Origin: a virus
Virus record (IMG/VR): IMGVR_UViG_3300032246_001180
Span: 32,001 to 96,000 of that record
DNA length: 64,000 bases
Direction: 5' to 3' (one strand)
The translations under genes and the position numbers were made by a program. Numbering within the stretch: the stretch's first letter is position 1; the number at the start of each line of letters is the position of its first letter. Shown one piece after another: positions 45,997 through 56,072 of this stretch. The notes beneath the pieces are model-generated. The model was not told the DNA's origin. It saw only the letters and a list, made by a program, of their open reading frames with translations, and made no database searches.

Positions 45997-46527
45997 ATGT
46001 CAGAAGAAATCAAAGACGTTAATGCTAAAATTGATGAAGCAGAAGCGACAATAAAAAAATATGCAAGTGCAGATACCGTTATTAGTATTGGTGGGTATGA
46101 ATTCACACCAGCTAAACTAATGGTCGCATTTACATTGGTATCATCTATTTTAGGTGGTCTTTATGGTGCGTTTGAAGTCTATAAAGACTATCAAGATATG
46201 AAGTCTAAAATTGCAAAATATGTTTCTCCAGATTTGACAGAGGTTTATAAAAAACTAGCCGTTATCGAAGATAACAGCCAAAAAACAAGTGATTACACCC
46301 GTGATATTAAGAACGACCTTAAAAACGATATACGCCGTTTAGAGGGTGTGGTTGAGGGTGTGGAGAGAAGTGCAAAAACATCTCAACGTGAAGCTGACCA
46401 AGTGGTAAAAGAAGTCCGTGAAGAAGTTAGACAGGTTCGCAAAGAGTCCGAATCAATGTCTAAGAACTTAGAACGTGATGTGGATAGAAAAATCCAAAGA
46501 GCGTTAGATAATCCATTGTCTAAATAA
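45997..46527 (+). CDS. single-TM coiled-coil protein
   Basis: TM segment followed by heptads. Confidence 0.7.
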   Translation: MSEEIKDVNAKIDEAEATIKKYASADTVISIGGYEFTPAKLMVAFTLVSSILGGLYGAFEVYKDYQDMKSKIAKYVSPDLTEVYKKLAVIEDNSQKTSDYTRDIKNDLKNDIRRLEGVVEGVERSAKTSQREADQVVKEVREEVRQVRKESESMSKNLERDVDRKIQRALDNPLSK

Positions 46528-46616
46528 TGTACCATCCGTACAATTTGTTTGACTTGTGGGTTTACTACTCGTTACAGATGTACTTTTTACCATACAGAAT
46601 CATGGGGAATCAATAA
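46527..46616 (+). CDS. Tyr-rich mini-ORF (29 aa)
   Basis: exactly fills the gap, TAATG coupling. Confidence 0.45.
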   Translation: MYHPYNLFDLWVYYSLQMYFLPYRIMGNQ

Positions 46617-47162
46617 ATGGCAGAAGTTAAGCCTTTATCTCGTTCAGAACGGGAAGCACTAATTAAAGACAAAGCTGGTTGGGTTATTACGGTACTTGCA
46701 GCATTACTAGCTATCAATACGTTGATGGGTGGAAGTAATGGTTCTAAAGTATTGAATAATACTATTGACGCAAACAATACTTGGGCATTTTACCAAGCAA
46801 AGTCTATCAAACAAACATTAGCAGAACAGTCCTATGAAGATGCGGTGCGTAACAAAGACACCAAAAAGTCAGAATTATACAAAGCTAAAATTGAAAGATA
46901 TGAATCTGATCCTAAGACGGGTGAAGGTAAAAAAGAATTAATGGAAAAAGCGAGAAAGTTGGAAGCAGACAGAGCTATTGCCAAATCTCGTAGTCCATGG
47001 TATACTTACGCTGGAAGTTTATTTCAAATTGCAATTGTATTATTGACTGCCAGTATTTTAGCTGTTAACAATAGATTATATTTTGCAAGTATTGGTGTTG
47101 GAGTTTTAGGTGCATTATTAATGAGCCAAGCTGTTTGGTTGTGGGTGCCGATTACGTTATAA
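46617..47162 (+). CDS. DUF4337-like membrane protein
   Basis: WAFYQAKSIKQ, QIAIVL.ASI. Confidence 0.7.
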   Translation: MAEVKPLSRSEREALIKDKAGWVITVLAALLAINTLMGGSNGSKVLNNTIDANNTWAFYQAKSIKQTLAEQSYEDAVRNKDTKKSELYKAKIERYESDPKTGEGKKELMEKARKLEADRAIAKSRSPWYTYAGSLFQIAIVLLTASILAVNNRLYFASIGVGVLGALLMSQAVWLWVPITL

Positions 47163-47178
47163 AAGAAAGTGATTTGTT

Positions 47179-47865
47179 ATGGAAAGAAGATTGATATTTT
47201 TTAGTGGCGGACTTGACAGTACGGCTTTATTAACATTGTCAAAACCTGATGACATTATAGTTTGTATTGTTGATACGGTTGATAATAAAGTAGCCACAAG
47301 TTTTGATGATGTTGTAAAAGATAAAGTTTTAAAAATAGCAAAATATTTTGACAGATTTGTTTATTTTAATCCTGTTCATATACCGGCTGTAGAAATAGAA
47401 TCGGGTGCAGGTGTACATCAAACAAATGTGATGTTTTCAATTGCAAATAATTGGGCTCATATTAAAACAGAAAGTTTAAAAGAAGTTTGGTGGGGAGTTT
47501 ATGATTCGGAGTACAACAATAATGTTGTAGTCAAAAAACTAAGGGACGATTGGTTTAAAGCTTGGAACATATTACATCCAAATATTAAATTTCATAATCC
47601 ATTAGGTCATTTGACTAAAAGAGATTGTTGGGAAATGATTCCTGAAAAAGTTCGACCGTTAGTTAGTTGTTGTAGAATAAGTCCACCACAAGATTGGAAA
47701 ACGTGTGAATGTATGAAGTGTGTTCAACAACGTAGAGCTATAACACCAGGAGCTTATGATGGTGCATGGAAAAGATTTAAATTGGAAACAGGACCACTTA
47801 AGGATACCTGGATAATTTATGATCCCTCGGCAGAAAGTGATAGAGTATATTACCAAAAAGGATAA
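47179..47865 (+). CDS. QueC-like PP-loop ATPase
   Basis: FSGGLDST, NPL..LTK, C..CxxC. Confidence 0.65.
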   Translation: MERRLIFFSGGLDSTALLTLSKPDDIIVCIVDTVDNKVATSFDDVVKDKVLKIAKYFDRFVYFNPVHIPAVEIESGAGVHQTNVMFSIANNWAHIKTESLKEVWWGVYDSEYNNNVVVKKLRDDWFKAWNILHPNIKFHNPLGHLTKRDCWEMIPEKVRPLVSCCRISPPQDWKTCECMKCVQQRRAITPGAYDGAWKRFKLETGPLKDTWIIYDPSAESDRVYYQKG

Positions 47866-47868
47866 AAA

Positions 47869-48297
47869 ATGGCAGACGTAAAAGAAGTAAAAAAAGACGA
47901 AGATTGGATGCAAAAGAAATGGCGTCCTGCTATGGGTTGGATGTATATGGTTGTCTGTATGATGGACATGGTTATTTTTCCCGTTGTGTGGAGTTTAGCG
48001 CAAGTCTTAACTAAACAGCCTATCACTCAATGGAATCCCTTGACACTTCAAGGCGCCGGTTTATTTCACCTTGCTATGGGTGCTGTTTTGGGTATTGCTG
48101 CTTTTGGTCGTACACAAGAAAAGATTGCTGGTACAGCTACAAATACACCAGCACCAATCCCTAGCCCATCATCACTACCGTCAATGTCTGGTGCGATTGG
48201 TGCTCCGATTGGTGGTCCAATCACGCCGTTGGGTTCAAACGGTCCATCTGGTCCAGCACCACTAGGACCACCTCCAGCAAATCAACCTGCTCTATAA
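47869..48297 (+). CDS. holin-like membrane protein (GTA 3TM holin-like)
   Basis: WRPAMGW, LGIAAFGRTQEK. Confidence 0.7.
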   Translation: MADVKEVKKDEDWMQKKWRPAMGWMYMVVCMMDMVIFPVVWSLAQVLTKQPITQWNPLTLQGAGLFHLAMGAVLGIAAFGRTQEKIAGTATNTPAPIPSPSSLPSMSGAIGAPIGGPITPLGSNGPSGPAPLGPPPANQPAL

Positions 48298-48307
48298 AGG
48301 ACAAGAC

Positions 48308-48529
48308 ATGAAAAAATTTTTAATCGCTCTTAATATCGTAATCTGGTCATTTGTTGGTTATCAAGTTAATGCTTACGCAGCCGAAACCAAGAAAGTTTGC
48401 CACGAAGAAACTGATAAAAAAGGTAAGACAAAAGAAGTCTGTAAAAACGTAAAAGTGCATAAGAAATTAGAAGGTACTAAAGTACCGGATAAAAAAGTAC
48501 CAGAAAAAAAGAAAAATGCCAACAAATGA
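48308..48529 (+). CDS. small secreted basic protein
   Basis: signal peptide, Lys-rich. Confidence 0.6.
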   Translation: MKKFLIALNIVIWSFVGYQVNAYAAETKKVCHEETDKKGKTKEVCKNVKVHKKLEGTKVPDKKVPEKKKNANK

Positions 48530-48932
48530 TACCGAAGACATTAAAGTAGATATTGGTGTATTAAAGACCCAAGTGTTGACTTTATCTGCATTATGTAATA
48601 AAATGGACCAGGTTATCGATAAACTGGTTGACCAACACGACCGCCATATAGCCAAGGTATATACTGACATGGACTCAAGAAGAAAAGAAACCGATTCGGA
48701 TGTTAAAGAACTCCATAATCGAATTGATACCGTTCTAGAAAGAATGTCGGATCAAAACGAAAAAATTATGGATGAGTTTAAATTTATCCGAAAAGAAATG
48801 TCGGCGCACAATTCTCAAGAAAAACAACAGTTAGATAAAATTTTAGAGTGGAAGTGGATGGTTATTGGTGGTATTCTTGTTCTTTCTTGGTTGATTTCTC
48901 ATGTAAAGTTAGATACAATACTATTTAAATAA
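48516..48932 (+). CDS. coiled-coil protein with C-terminal TM
   Basis: WKWMVIGG TM segment. Confidence 0.65.
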   Translation: MPTNDTEDIKVDIGVLKTQVLTLSALCNKMDQVIDKLVDQHDRHIAKVYTDMDSRRKETDSDVKELHNRIDTVLERMSDQNEKIMDEFKFIRKEMSAHNSQEKQQLDKILEWKWMVIGGILVLSWLISHVKLDTILFK

Positions 48933-48950
48933 TTTTTGAATTGATATATT

Positions 48951-49967
48951 ATGAGCGTTTTCATCGACAGGTCTTTCCTGTTACAATTGTCACCTAGATT
49001 AGGAAGGTTTTCTCAAAAAAAAGAAGACCTTTATAATTTCAGGTGCCCGCTCTGTGGCGACTCACAGAAAAATAAAACTAAATCCCGTGGTTATGTTTAC
49101 CGGAAAAAGAATGACTACTTTTATATGTGTCATAATTGTGGTGTGTCAACCACTTTCTTTAATTTTCTAAAACAAGTTGATCCATCTCTTGTACAAGAAT
49201 ATCAACTAGAGAGATATAAAAATGGAGAGAACGGCAATTCGAATTATCAGAAGGCTGAATTTGAAGATGTTAAAGATTCGAAACCGGTCTTCCGTCAATC
49301 TCTTGAACTTCCATCAATTGACTCGTTACCAGAGGCGCATTTTGCTAAAGTCTATGTCCAGCAAAGGCAAATTCCGAAAGCCTTTCAATCACAACTTTAC
49401 TATGCGGAAGACTTTGCAACCTTTGTACAAAGTATGGGCATCGAAAAGGAACTTATGCAAGGTGATAAACGTCTTGTAATACCGTTCTATGACAAAAACA
49501 AAAACCTAATTGCATTTCAAGGTCGTGCATTGGGTGAATCTAAACTACGTTATATTACTGTTAAACTACACGATGATAACAAAAAAATCTATGGCCTTGA
49601 TAGACTGAGTGATGATGAAGAAAAAAGAATCTATGTGGTTGAAGGACCAATCGATTCGATGTTCTTAGAAAATGCAGTTGCAACAGCAGACTCCAATCTA
49701 GAATCGATTGAGAACACATTGGATAAATCAAAAGTGATTCTTATCTTTGACAATGAACCACGCAACAAAGAAATTGTAAACCAAATAGAAAAAGCCATCG
49801 ATAACCATTTCCATGTGGTGATTTGGCCAGAGATGATTGTTGAGAAGGATATTAATGATATGGTATTATCTGGTTTCTCACCTGACGAAATCCAAGATAT
49901 TATAGATAAAAATACCTTCGTTAATTTAAGAGCAAAATTTGAATTTATTAATTGGAAGAAAGTGTAA
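48951..49967 (+). CDS. 61: DNA primase (gp61)
   Basis: CPLCGDS, CHNCG, VVEGPIDS, DNEPRN, KDIND. Confidence 0.95.
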   Translation: MSVFIDRSFLLQLSPRLGRFSQKKEDLYNFRCPLCGDSQKNKTKSRGYVYRKKNDYFYMCHNCGVSTTFFNFLKQVDPSLVQEYQLERYKNGENGNSNYQKAEFEDVKDSKPVFRQSLELPSIDSLPEAHFAKVYVQQRQIPKAFQSQLYYAEDFATFVQSMGIEKELMQGDKRLVIPFYDKNKNLIAFQGRALGESKLRYITVKLHDDNKKIYGLDRLSDDEEKRIYVVEGPIDSMFLENAVATADSNLESIENTLDKSKVILIFDNEPRNKEIVNQIEKAIDNHFHVVIWPEMIVEKDINDMVLSGFSPDEIQDIIDKNTFVNLRAKFEFINWKKV

Positions 49968-49968
49968 T

Positions 49969-50889
49969 ATGGATACAGTAGTTCACGATTTACCTGAGTT
50001 GGAATATTTGATTAAAGAATTCGACAGAAAATATATTGAGAGTGGATTAACATACGGTTGGCCTTCAGATTCAAAAAAGGAATATGATTTTGGACATTGG
50101 AACAAAGTTGTATTAAAATCGAACAAAGCATTCGTCTTTGATAATGCAAAGTTGCCTTTTATCAAGAAACATCCAGAGGTCGAATCAATTTGGAATATTA
50201 TTCAATCAAAAATTGGTCGCAGAAAACTTGTAAGAGTATATGTTAATGGATATACTTATGGAACTGATGCGTATATGCATAGAGATGATGCGTGGATTCG
50301 TGAAGTATACGGAGATGTATTAACAGAAACAGCTATTGTGTATCTAAACGATGAATGGAATCCAGATTGGGCAGGAGAAACCGTAATACTAGACGAATTA
50401 GGTGAAATTGAAAAGTCAGTCTTGCCTAAGAAAAATAGAGTATTGGTTTTTGATTCAAATAAATTACACGCTGCTAGACCTTTAACTAGAGTTTGTCCTG
50501 AGTTGAGGAAGGTGTTAGTATTCAAAACCCTAGATTATAATGTGCCAACAAAAGAAATTGAATTCATTCATAAGTTAACATTAAATGATCCTAGATTGTT
50601 TTATGTTTCATTTAAAATGTCTATTGCATTAGATGAAATAAAGGTAAAGAAAAATGTTTGTCTAGCAGCTTTATATCATGCAGTTTACACTTATGATGTT
50701 GAAAGACAAACCGTTAAAGATTTAATTGGTGAAACAGCAGAACAATTAGTGTATGATTATCATAACAAGTTAAATATGGAAAGTAAAGATTTAATGTATA
50801 TTGAATTTGCTAAACTGGTGCGTACAAATAAAGATGGCGTTCATACCGAAACCTTGAATACCTTATGGAGAAAATTGAATGAAAGTTGA
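49969..50889 (+). CDS. 2OG-Fe(II) oxygenase with HD-like C-terminal extension
   Basis: HRD, W...WAGET, LHAARP, R; AALYHAVY...LIGE.AE.LVY. Confidence 0.75.
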   Translation: MDTVVHDLPELEYLIKEFDRKYIESGLTYGWPSDSKKEYDFGHWNKVVLKSNKAFVFDNAKLPFIKKHPEVESIWNIIQSKIGRRKLVRVYVNGYTYGTDAYMHRDDAWIREVYGDVLTETAIVYLNDEWNPDWAGETVILDELGEIEKSVLPKKNRVLVFDSNKLHAARPLTRVCPELRKVLVFKTLDYNVPTKEIEFIHKLTLNDPRLFYVSFKMSIALDEIKVKKNVCLAALYHAVYTYDVERQTVKDLIGETAEQLVYDYHNKLNMESKDLMYIEFAKLVRTNKDGVHTETLNTLWRKLNES

Positions 50890-51556
50890 ACTGATTAATT
50901 ATTCACAAACTTCTTTTAGTGATGATGCCGGTAGAATCTTATCACAAAAGAGTTTATTGGAACAGGTTGCTTATGCAGCTAGAGTTTCAAATCCATCCAA
51001 TCAAGACAATAGCGACACCGCTGAAAAGTTGGTTCGTTATCTAATCAAACATCAACATTGGTCACCACTTGAAATGGTGAGCGTGTGTTTGGAGATTGAA
51101 ACTACCCGTGATATTGCAAGGCAAATCTTGCGCCATCGTTCATTCTCTTTCCAAGAGTTTAGTCAACGATATGCCGATCCAACCAAAGATTTAAATTTTG
51201 TAACCCGTGAAGCAAGATTACAGGACACAAAGAATCGCCAGAACAGTATCGTAACTGATAACTTAGCATTACAAGCTTGGTGGGAAGAAAGACAAAAGCG
51301 AGTAATTGAAGAATGTAAAAATGCTTATGAATGGGCAATCGCAAATGGTGTTGCCAAAGAACAAGCAAGAGCAGTTTTACCAGAAGGTATCATGGGTTCT
51401 AGAATGTATATGAACGGAACGCTTCGTTCTTGGGTTCACTATATACAACTCCGAACCGATAAAAGTACACAGAAGGAACATAGAGAAGTGGCACTTGCCT
51501 GCGCTGATGCGATTAAACCCATTTTTCCTATGATTACAGAATTCATTTCACAATAA
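50879..51556 (+). CDS. thyX: FAD-dependent thymidylate synthase
   Basis: HWSPLE, RHRSFSFQEFSQRY, QKEHR. Confidence 0.95.
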   Translation: MKVELINYSQTSFSDDAGRILSQKSLLEQVAYAARVSNPSNQDNSDTAEKLVRYLIKHQHWSPLEMVSVCLEIETTRDIARQILRHRSFSFQEFSQRYADPTKDLNFVTREARLQDTKNRQNSIVTDNLALQAWWEERQKRVIEECKNAYEWAIANGVAKEQARAVLPEGIMGSRMYMNGTLRSWVHYIQLRTDKSTQKEHREVALACADAIKPIFPMITEFISQ

Positions 51557-51580
51557 CAACAATATAATAAGGCAATATAT

Positions 51581-53383
51581 ATGGAATATCTAGGGATTAG
51601 AATAGATTTAGAGAGAGATAAACTGTTTGATGAGTTGGGTATCAAACGATTAAAAGAAAGTTACATGAAAGAAGATGAGGAAAGTCCACAACACAGATTC
51701 GCATTTGTATCTAAAGAATTCGGTTCAAATCCCGAACACGCACAAAGATTGTATGAATACAGTAGTAAGCATTGGCTCTCTTATTCTACTCCCATTCTTT
51801 CTTTTGGTCGCAGTAAGCGTGGTATGCCTATATCATGTTTCCTTAATTATATTGAAGATACAGCGGAGGGATTAGTTGACAACCTATCAGAAACTAACTG
51901 GCTTTCTATGCTCGGGGGCGGTGTGGGTATTGGTTTTGGTATTCGGTCTGCCGATGATAAGTCTACTGGCGTTATGCCGCATCTTAAAATTTATGATGCA
52001 AGTTCTTTGGCTTATCGTCAAGGTCGTACTCGCCGTGGTTCTTACGCCGCTTATCTTGATATTAGCCATCCCGATATTATTCCTTTTTTAGAAATGCGTA
52101 AACCAACAGGTGACCCAAATGTGCGTTGCCTGAATTTACATCATGGTATTAACATCACCGATGACTTCATGGAAATTATTGAAAGGTGTATGTTAGACCC
52201 CGAATCTAATGATGATTGGACTTTAACCGATCCACACTCTGGTGAAGTGCGTGAAGTTGTATCAGCAAAAGAACTATGGCAACGTATACTTGAGATGCGT
52301 ATGCAAACTGGTGAACCATATATTCACTATATCGATACAAGTAATAAAAAACTTCCACAATGGTTGAAAGATAAAGGATTGAAAGTACACCAATCTAATC
52401 TTTGTTCTGAAATCATTTTACCAACAAACGAAGAAAGAACAGCAGTATGTTGTTTATCTTCTTTAAATTTGGAGAATTACGATGAGTGGTCAAATGACAA
52501 ATTATTTCTCAAAGACGTTGCCGAAATGCTTGATAATGTCCTTAATTATTTCATCGCTAATGCTCCTGATGCTATCGCTCGTGCAAAGTATAGTGCCGAA
52601 AGAGAACGTTCTATTGGTATCGGTGCTCTTGGGTTCCATGCTTATCTACAGCGCAACAATATTGCTTTTGAAGGTGTTATGGCCAAAGTTGCCAACAACA
52701 GAATTTTCAAATCTATACGAAAAGGACTCGATGATGCAAATAAACAATTGGGATTGGAAAGAGGTGAAGCACCTGATGCTGTCGGCACTGGTAATCGTTT
52801 CAGCCATCTCATGGCAATTGCTCCCAATGCTAGTTCTTCCATTATTATGGGCAATACCTCTCCTAGTATTGAACCTTATCGGGCTAACGCTTATAGGCAG
52901 GACACTCTTTCGGGTTCTTTCTTAAATAAGAATCGTTGGTTGGATAAAGTTATTCAAAAACACCTGTCTAGTGATGGTGGAACAATATCACAAAATGATT
53001 ACAACGACATTTGGTCATCAATTATTGCTAACGATGGTTCCGTACAACATTTAACTTGGATGGATGAATACACTAAAGACGTATTTAAAACATCCATGGA
53101 AATTGACCAACGATGGGTAATTGATTTGGCTTCTGATAGACAAGAGTATATTGACCAAGCACAATCATTAAATGTATTTTTTAGACCAGATGCAAACATA
53201 AAATATCTCCATGCAATTCATTTCATGGCATGGAAAAAAGGACTGAAAACACTCTACTATTGTCGTTCAGAAAAAATTGGCAAAGCAGATAAAGTATCTA
53301 AACGAATTGAAAGAGATGTTATCAAAGAATTGGATATGACACAGATTGCTCAAGGTAACGATTGTATAGCTTGCGAAGGATAA
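51581..53383 (+). CDS. nrdA: ribonucleotide reductase class Ia alpha
   Basis: PISCF, SNLCSEI, APNASSS, KTLYY, C-terminal CIACEG. Confidence 0.95.
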   Translation: MEYLGIRIDLERDKLFDELGIKRLKESYMKEDEESPQHRFAFVSKEFGSNPEHAQRLYEYSSKHWLSYSTPILSFGRSKRGMPISCFLNYIEDTAEGLVDNLSETNWLSMLGGGVGIGFGIRSADDKSTGVMPHLKIYDASSLAYRQGRTRRGSYAAYLDISHPDIIPFLEMRKPTGDPNVRCLNLHHGINITDDFMEIIERCMLDPESNDDWTLTDPHSGEVREVVSAKELWQRILEMRMQTGEPYIHYIDTSNKKLPQWLKDKGLKVHQSNLCSEIILPTNEERTAVCCLSSLNLENYDEWSNDKLFLKDVAEMLDNVLNYFIANAPDAIARAKYSAERERSIGIGALGFHAYLQRNNIAFEGVMAKVANNRIFKSIRKGLDDANKQLGLERGEAPDAVGTGNRFSHLMAIAPNASSSIIMGNTSPSIEPYRANAYRQDTLSGSFLNKNRWLDKVIQKHLSSDGGTISQNDYNDIWSSIIANDGSVQHLTWMDEYTKDVFKTSMEIDQRWVIDLASDRQEYIDQAQSLNVFFRPDANIKYLHAIHFMAWKKGLKTLYYCRSEKIGKADKVSKRIERDVIKELDMTQIAQGNDCIACEG

Positions 53384-53386
53384 TAT

Positions 53387-54001
53387 ATGTTTAAAGAAAT
53401 GATGGAAAATTTAAAAGTTCAACGTTGGGATGACCACAGATATTATCACCATAGTCGAATCAATCAATCATTACATTTTGTATCGGCAATTAGTTTCATG
53501 ATTGCATACGTTTATTTGTTTATTGATCCTGTTGTGTCTGCTTATGTTGCATGGTTAATTGCTATGACAACTCGTCAAGCTGGCCACTTCTTCTTTGAAC
53601 CAAAAGATTATGACACATATAACCAAGCAACGCAAGAATATAAAGAAGAAATCAAAGTTGGTTTTAACTTGAAACGTAAACGTGTATTAATGGTCTGCTT
53701 TGTTTTAATTCCAATTCTTGCTGCATTTGATTTGGAATTTATGAATTATCTTGTGCCAGAACAAGATACAGAAACATTTTTAAATCGTGTTGGTATTGGT
53801 TGGTTGTGGTTAGGTGTTGCTGCTGTATTGTTTAGAATGATACAATTGACAGCAATACAGAGTCGCCGTGTTGCAATTACATGGTGTATTAAGATTTTGA
53901 CTGATCCTTTCCATGACTTCATTATTTACAGAAAAGCGCCATTATATTTAATGAAAGGTCAATTGATTGACCCCGATTTAAAACAAGACTATCAACCATG
54001 A
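53387..54001 (+). CDS. Mpo1/DUF962-like membrane protein
   Basis: YYHH..NQ.LH, RQAGHFFFE. Confidence 0.6.
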   Translation: MFKEMMENLKVQRWDDHRYYHHSRINQSLHFVSAISFMIAYVYLFIDPVVSAYVAWLIAMTTRQAGHFFFEPKDYDTYNQATQEYKEEIKVGFNLKRKRVLMVCFVLIPILAAFDLEFMNYLVPEQDTETFLNRVGIGWLWLGVAAVLFRMIQLTAIQSRRVAITWCIKILTDPFHDFIIYRKAPLYLMKGQLIDPDLKQDYQP

Positions 54002-54648
54002 AAACCATTGCACTCTTTTTGCATGATCCGGAATGTTCATTGGATTGTGTGAGTGCTATGACAAATGCGTTATCAGAAAAATATGAAATAAAAACATTTA
54101 ATGAAAAAGATATAGAAGATGTTAATTTTTTTGATAATGTTGATATTATTGCTTTTCCTGGTGGGATTGGCGACTCTGATTCTTTTTATAAATTCTTTAC
54201 TAGAAGAACAGGAAACAGAATAGCCAAATTCATCGAAGATGGTGGCCACTATCTTGGTATTTGTATGGGTGCATATTGGGCAGACCAATGGTACTTAGAT
54301 ATAATTGAGAATGTCCGTGCAGTACAATATATAAAAAGGCCTAATGCAGATGTTCGCAGAAGTTTTGGAACGATTGCTAAAGTTGAATGGAATGGTTGTA
54401 AAGAAGATATGTATTTTTACGATGGTTGTGCTTTGATAGGTGATGAAAGTAAGTTTAAAACAGTTGCGAGATATGCCAATGGTGACCCTATGGCAATCAT
54501 AAAAGGTAGAGTTGGTTTAATTGGTTGTCATCCTGAAGCACCTCTTTATTGGTATGAAAAACCTTGGCAATATATAAACAAATATTGGAATCAAGGAAGG
54601 CACCATAAATTATTATTAAATTTTGTTGATGAATTAATGGAGAAATAG
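53998..54648 (+). CDS. BPL_N / class I glutamine amidotransferase-like protein
   Basis: FPGG, YLGICMGAY, HPE. Confidence 0.75.
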   Translation: MKTIALFLHDPECSLDCVSAMTNALSEKYEIKTFNEKDIEDVNFFDNVDIIAFPGGIGDSDSFYKFFTRRTGNRIAKFIEDGGHYLGICMGAYWADQWYLDIIENVRAVQYIKRPNADVRRSFGTIAKVEWNGCKEDMYFYDGCALIGDESKFKTVARYANGDPMAIIKGRVGLIGCHPEAPLYWYEKPWQYINKYWNQGRHHKLLLNFVDELMEK

Positions 54649-54792
54649 ATGATATTAGTAGCGACATGGGTTACAGTCGGTTTCTTTTCCGCAATTGGTT
54701 GGTATGGTGCTAATCACTATGTAATTGAACCTTACTTCCCACCACCTATAGAAAGAAAAAAAGATGAAAACCCTAAAACAAATTCAAACTGA
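54649..54792 (+). CDS. small membrane peptide (47 aa)
   Basis: GGAG RBS, hydrophobic N-terminus. Confidence 0.5.
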   Translation: MILVATWVTVGFFSAIGWYGANHYVIEPYFPPPIERKKDENPKTNSN

Positions 54793-54922
54793 AGCCTTTT
54801 TAGCAATGGCTGAGGGAATGAAAGCATTAGAGCTTCAATTAGATTTAGCTAAAAAAAGAATAGAAGAATTAGAAAAGGAAATACAGAATGTCAAACAAAC
54901 AGAAACTATCACTAACGGATGA
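54764..54922 (+). CDS. small coiled-coil peptide (52 aa)
   Basis: manual translation MKTLKQIQTE... Confidence 0.45.
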   Translation: MKTLKQIQTEAFLAMAEGMKALELQLDLAKKRIEELEKEIQNVKQTETITNG

Positions 54923-55874
54923 AAGAACATACTTCAAACCGTTTAATTATCCATGGGCTTATGATGCATGGTTGAAACATGAACAATCACATTGGCTTCA
55001 CACAGAAGTTCCAATGGCTGAAGATGTTAAAGACTGGAAAAAGAAACTAACAAATGAAGAAAAACAATTTCTTACCCACATATTTCGCTTCTTTACTCAA
55101 GGAGATATTGATGTGGCGGGTGGCTATGTTAATAATTATCTTCCTTATTTCCCGCAGCCAGAAATACGAATGATGTTAACTGGCTTTGCTGCTCGTGAAG
55201 CCTTACACATTGCTGCTTATTCACATTTGATTGAAACATTGGGTTTGCCTGAAACAACATACAACGAATTTATGGAGTATGCTGAGATGAAGGAGAAGCA
55301 TGACTATGTTATGGACATTTCAAGCCAAAATACCACTAAAGAAAATACTGCCACACATATCGCTGTATTCTCCGCATTTACTGAAGGGATGCAGTTATTC
55401 TCCTCTTTTATTATGTTACTAAACTTCCCACGCACAGGCAAAATGAAAGGTATGGGTCAAATCGTTACATGGTCTATTGTTGATGAAACTCAACACGCTG
55501 AAGCAATGATTAAATTATTCAGAACATACATAGAAGAAAATAAAGAAATTTGGAATGACGAACTGAAGTCTAGAATTTACACTATTGCTGAACGCATGGT
55601 ACAACTTGAAGATAAGTTTATTGACCTTGCTTTTTCGATGGGTGCTATGGAAGGCCTAAGTAGTGAAGATGTTAAAAAGTATATTCGTTATATTGCTGAC
55701 AGAAGATTGATTAGCCTTGGTTTGAAAGGTATCAATAAAGTAAAACGTAATCCTTTACCGTGGGTCGAGGAGATGATTAACGCTCCAACACACACCAATT
55801 TCTTTGAGAATAGAGCAACTGATTATGCAAAAGGTGCTCTATCAGGAAATTGGGGAGAAGTTTGGGCACATTAA
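54888..55874 (+). CDS. nrdB: ribonucleotide reductase class Ia beta
   Basis: HW...EV, REALH...Y, EGMQLFSSF, DETQH, NFFE.RATDY. Confidence 0.95.
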   Translation: MSNKQKLSLTDERTYFKPFNYPWAYDAWLKHEQSHWLHTEVPMAEDVKDWKKKLTNEEKQFLTHIFRFFTQGDIDVAGGYVNNYLPYFPQPEIRMMLTGFAAREALHIAAYSHLIETLGLPETTYNEFMEYAEMKEKHDYVMDISSQNTTKENTATHIAVFSAFTEGMQLFSSFIMLLNFPRTGKMKGMGQIVTWSIVDETQHAEAMIKLFRTYIEENKEIWNDELKSRIYTIAERMVQLEDKFIDLAFSMGAMEGLSSEDVKKYIRYIADRRLISLGLKGINKVKRNPLPWVEEMINAPTHTNFFENRATDYAKGALSGNWGEVWAH

Positions 55875-55883
55875 AGGAATCAA

Positions 55884-56072
55884 ATGACAAACAAATCTAT
55901 GACTGGCGATTGTACAAATTGCGAATCAACTTATAACATAGAATTTATGGAAGAACTGGTTTCGGAAGAACTACCTGAATACTGCCCGTTCTGTGGTGAA
56001 ATCATCGAAGAATTATCCGAAGACTATATAGAGGATGAAGATAATTCCGAAGATGAGGAAAAATGGGACTGA
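55884..56072 (+). CDS. small acidic zinc-ribbon protein
   Basis: CTNC...CPFCG. Confidence 0.7.
   Translation: MTNKSMTGDCTNCESTYNIEFMEELVSEELPEYCPFCGEIIEELSEDYIEDEDNSEDEEKWD

Noticed and set aside
47179-47865. 7-deazaguanine DNA modification system
   Set aside because: Lone divergent QueC-like gene; no folE, queD, queE or dpdA in the window
15402-55874. Introns or inteins in gp43, gp41, thyX, nrdA, nrdB
   Set aside because: ORFs are continuous and of normal length
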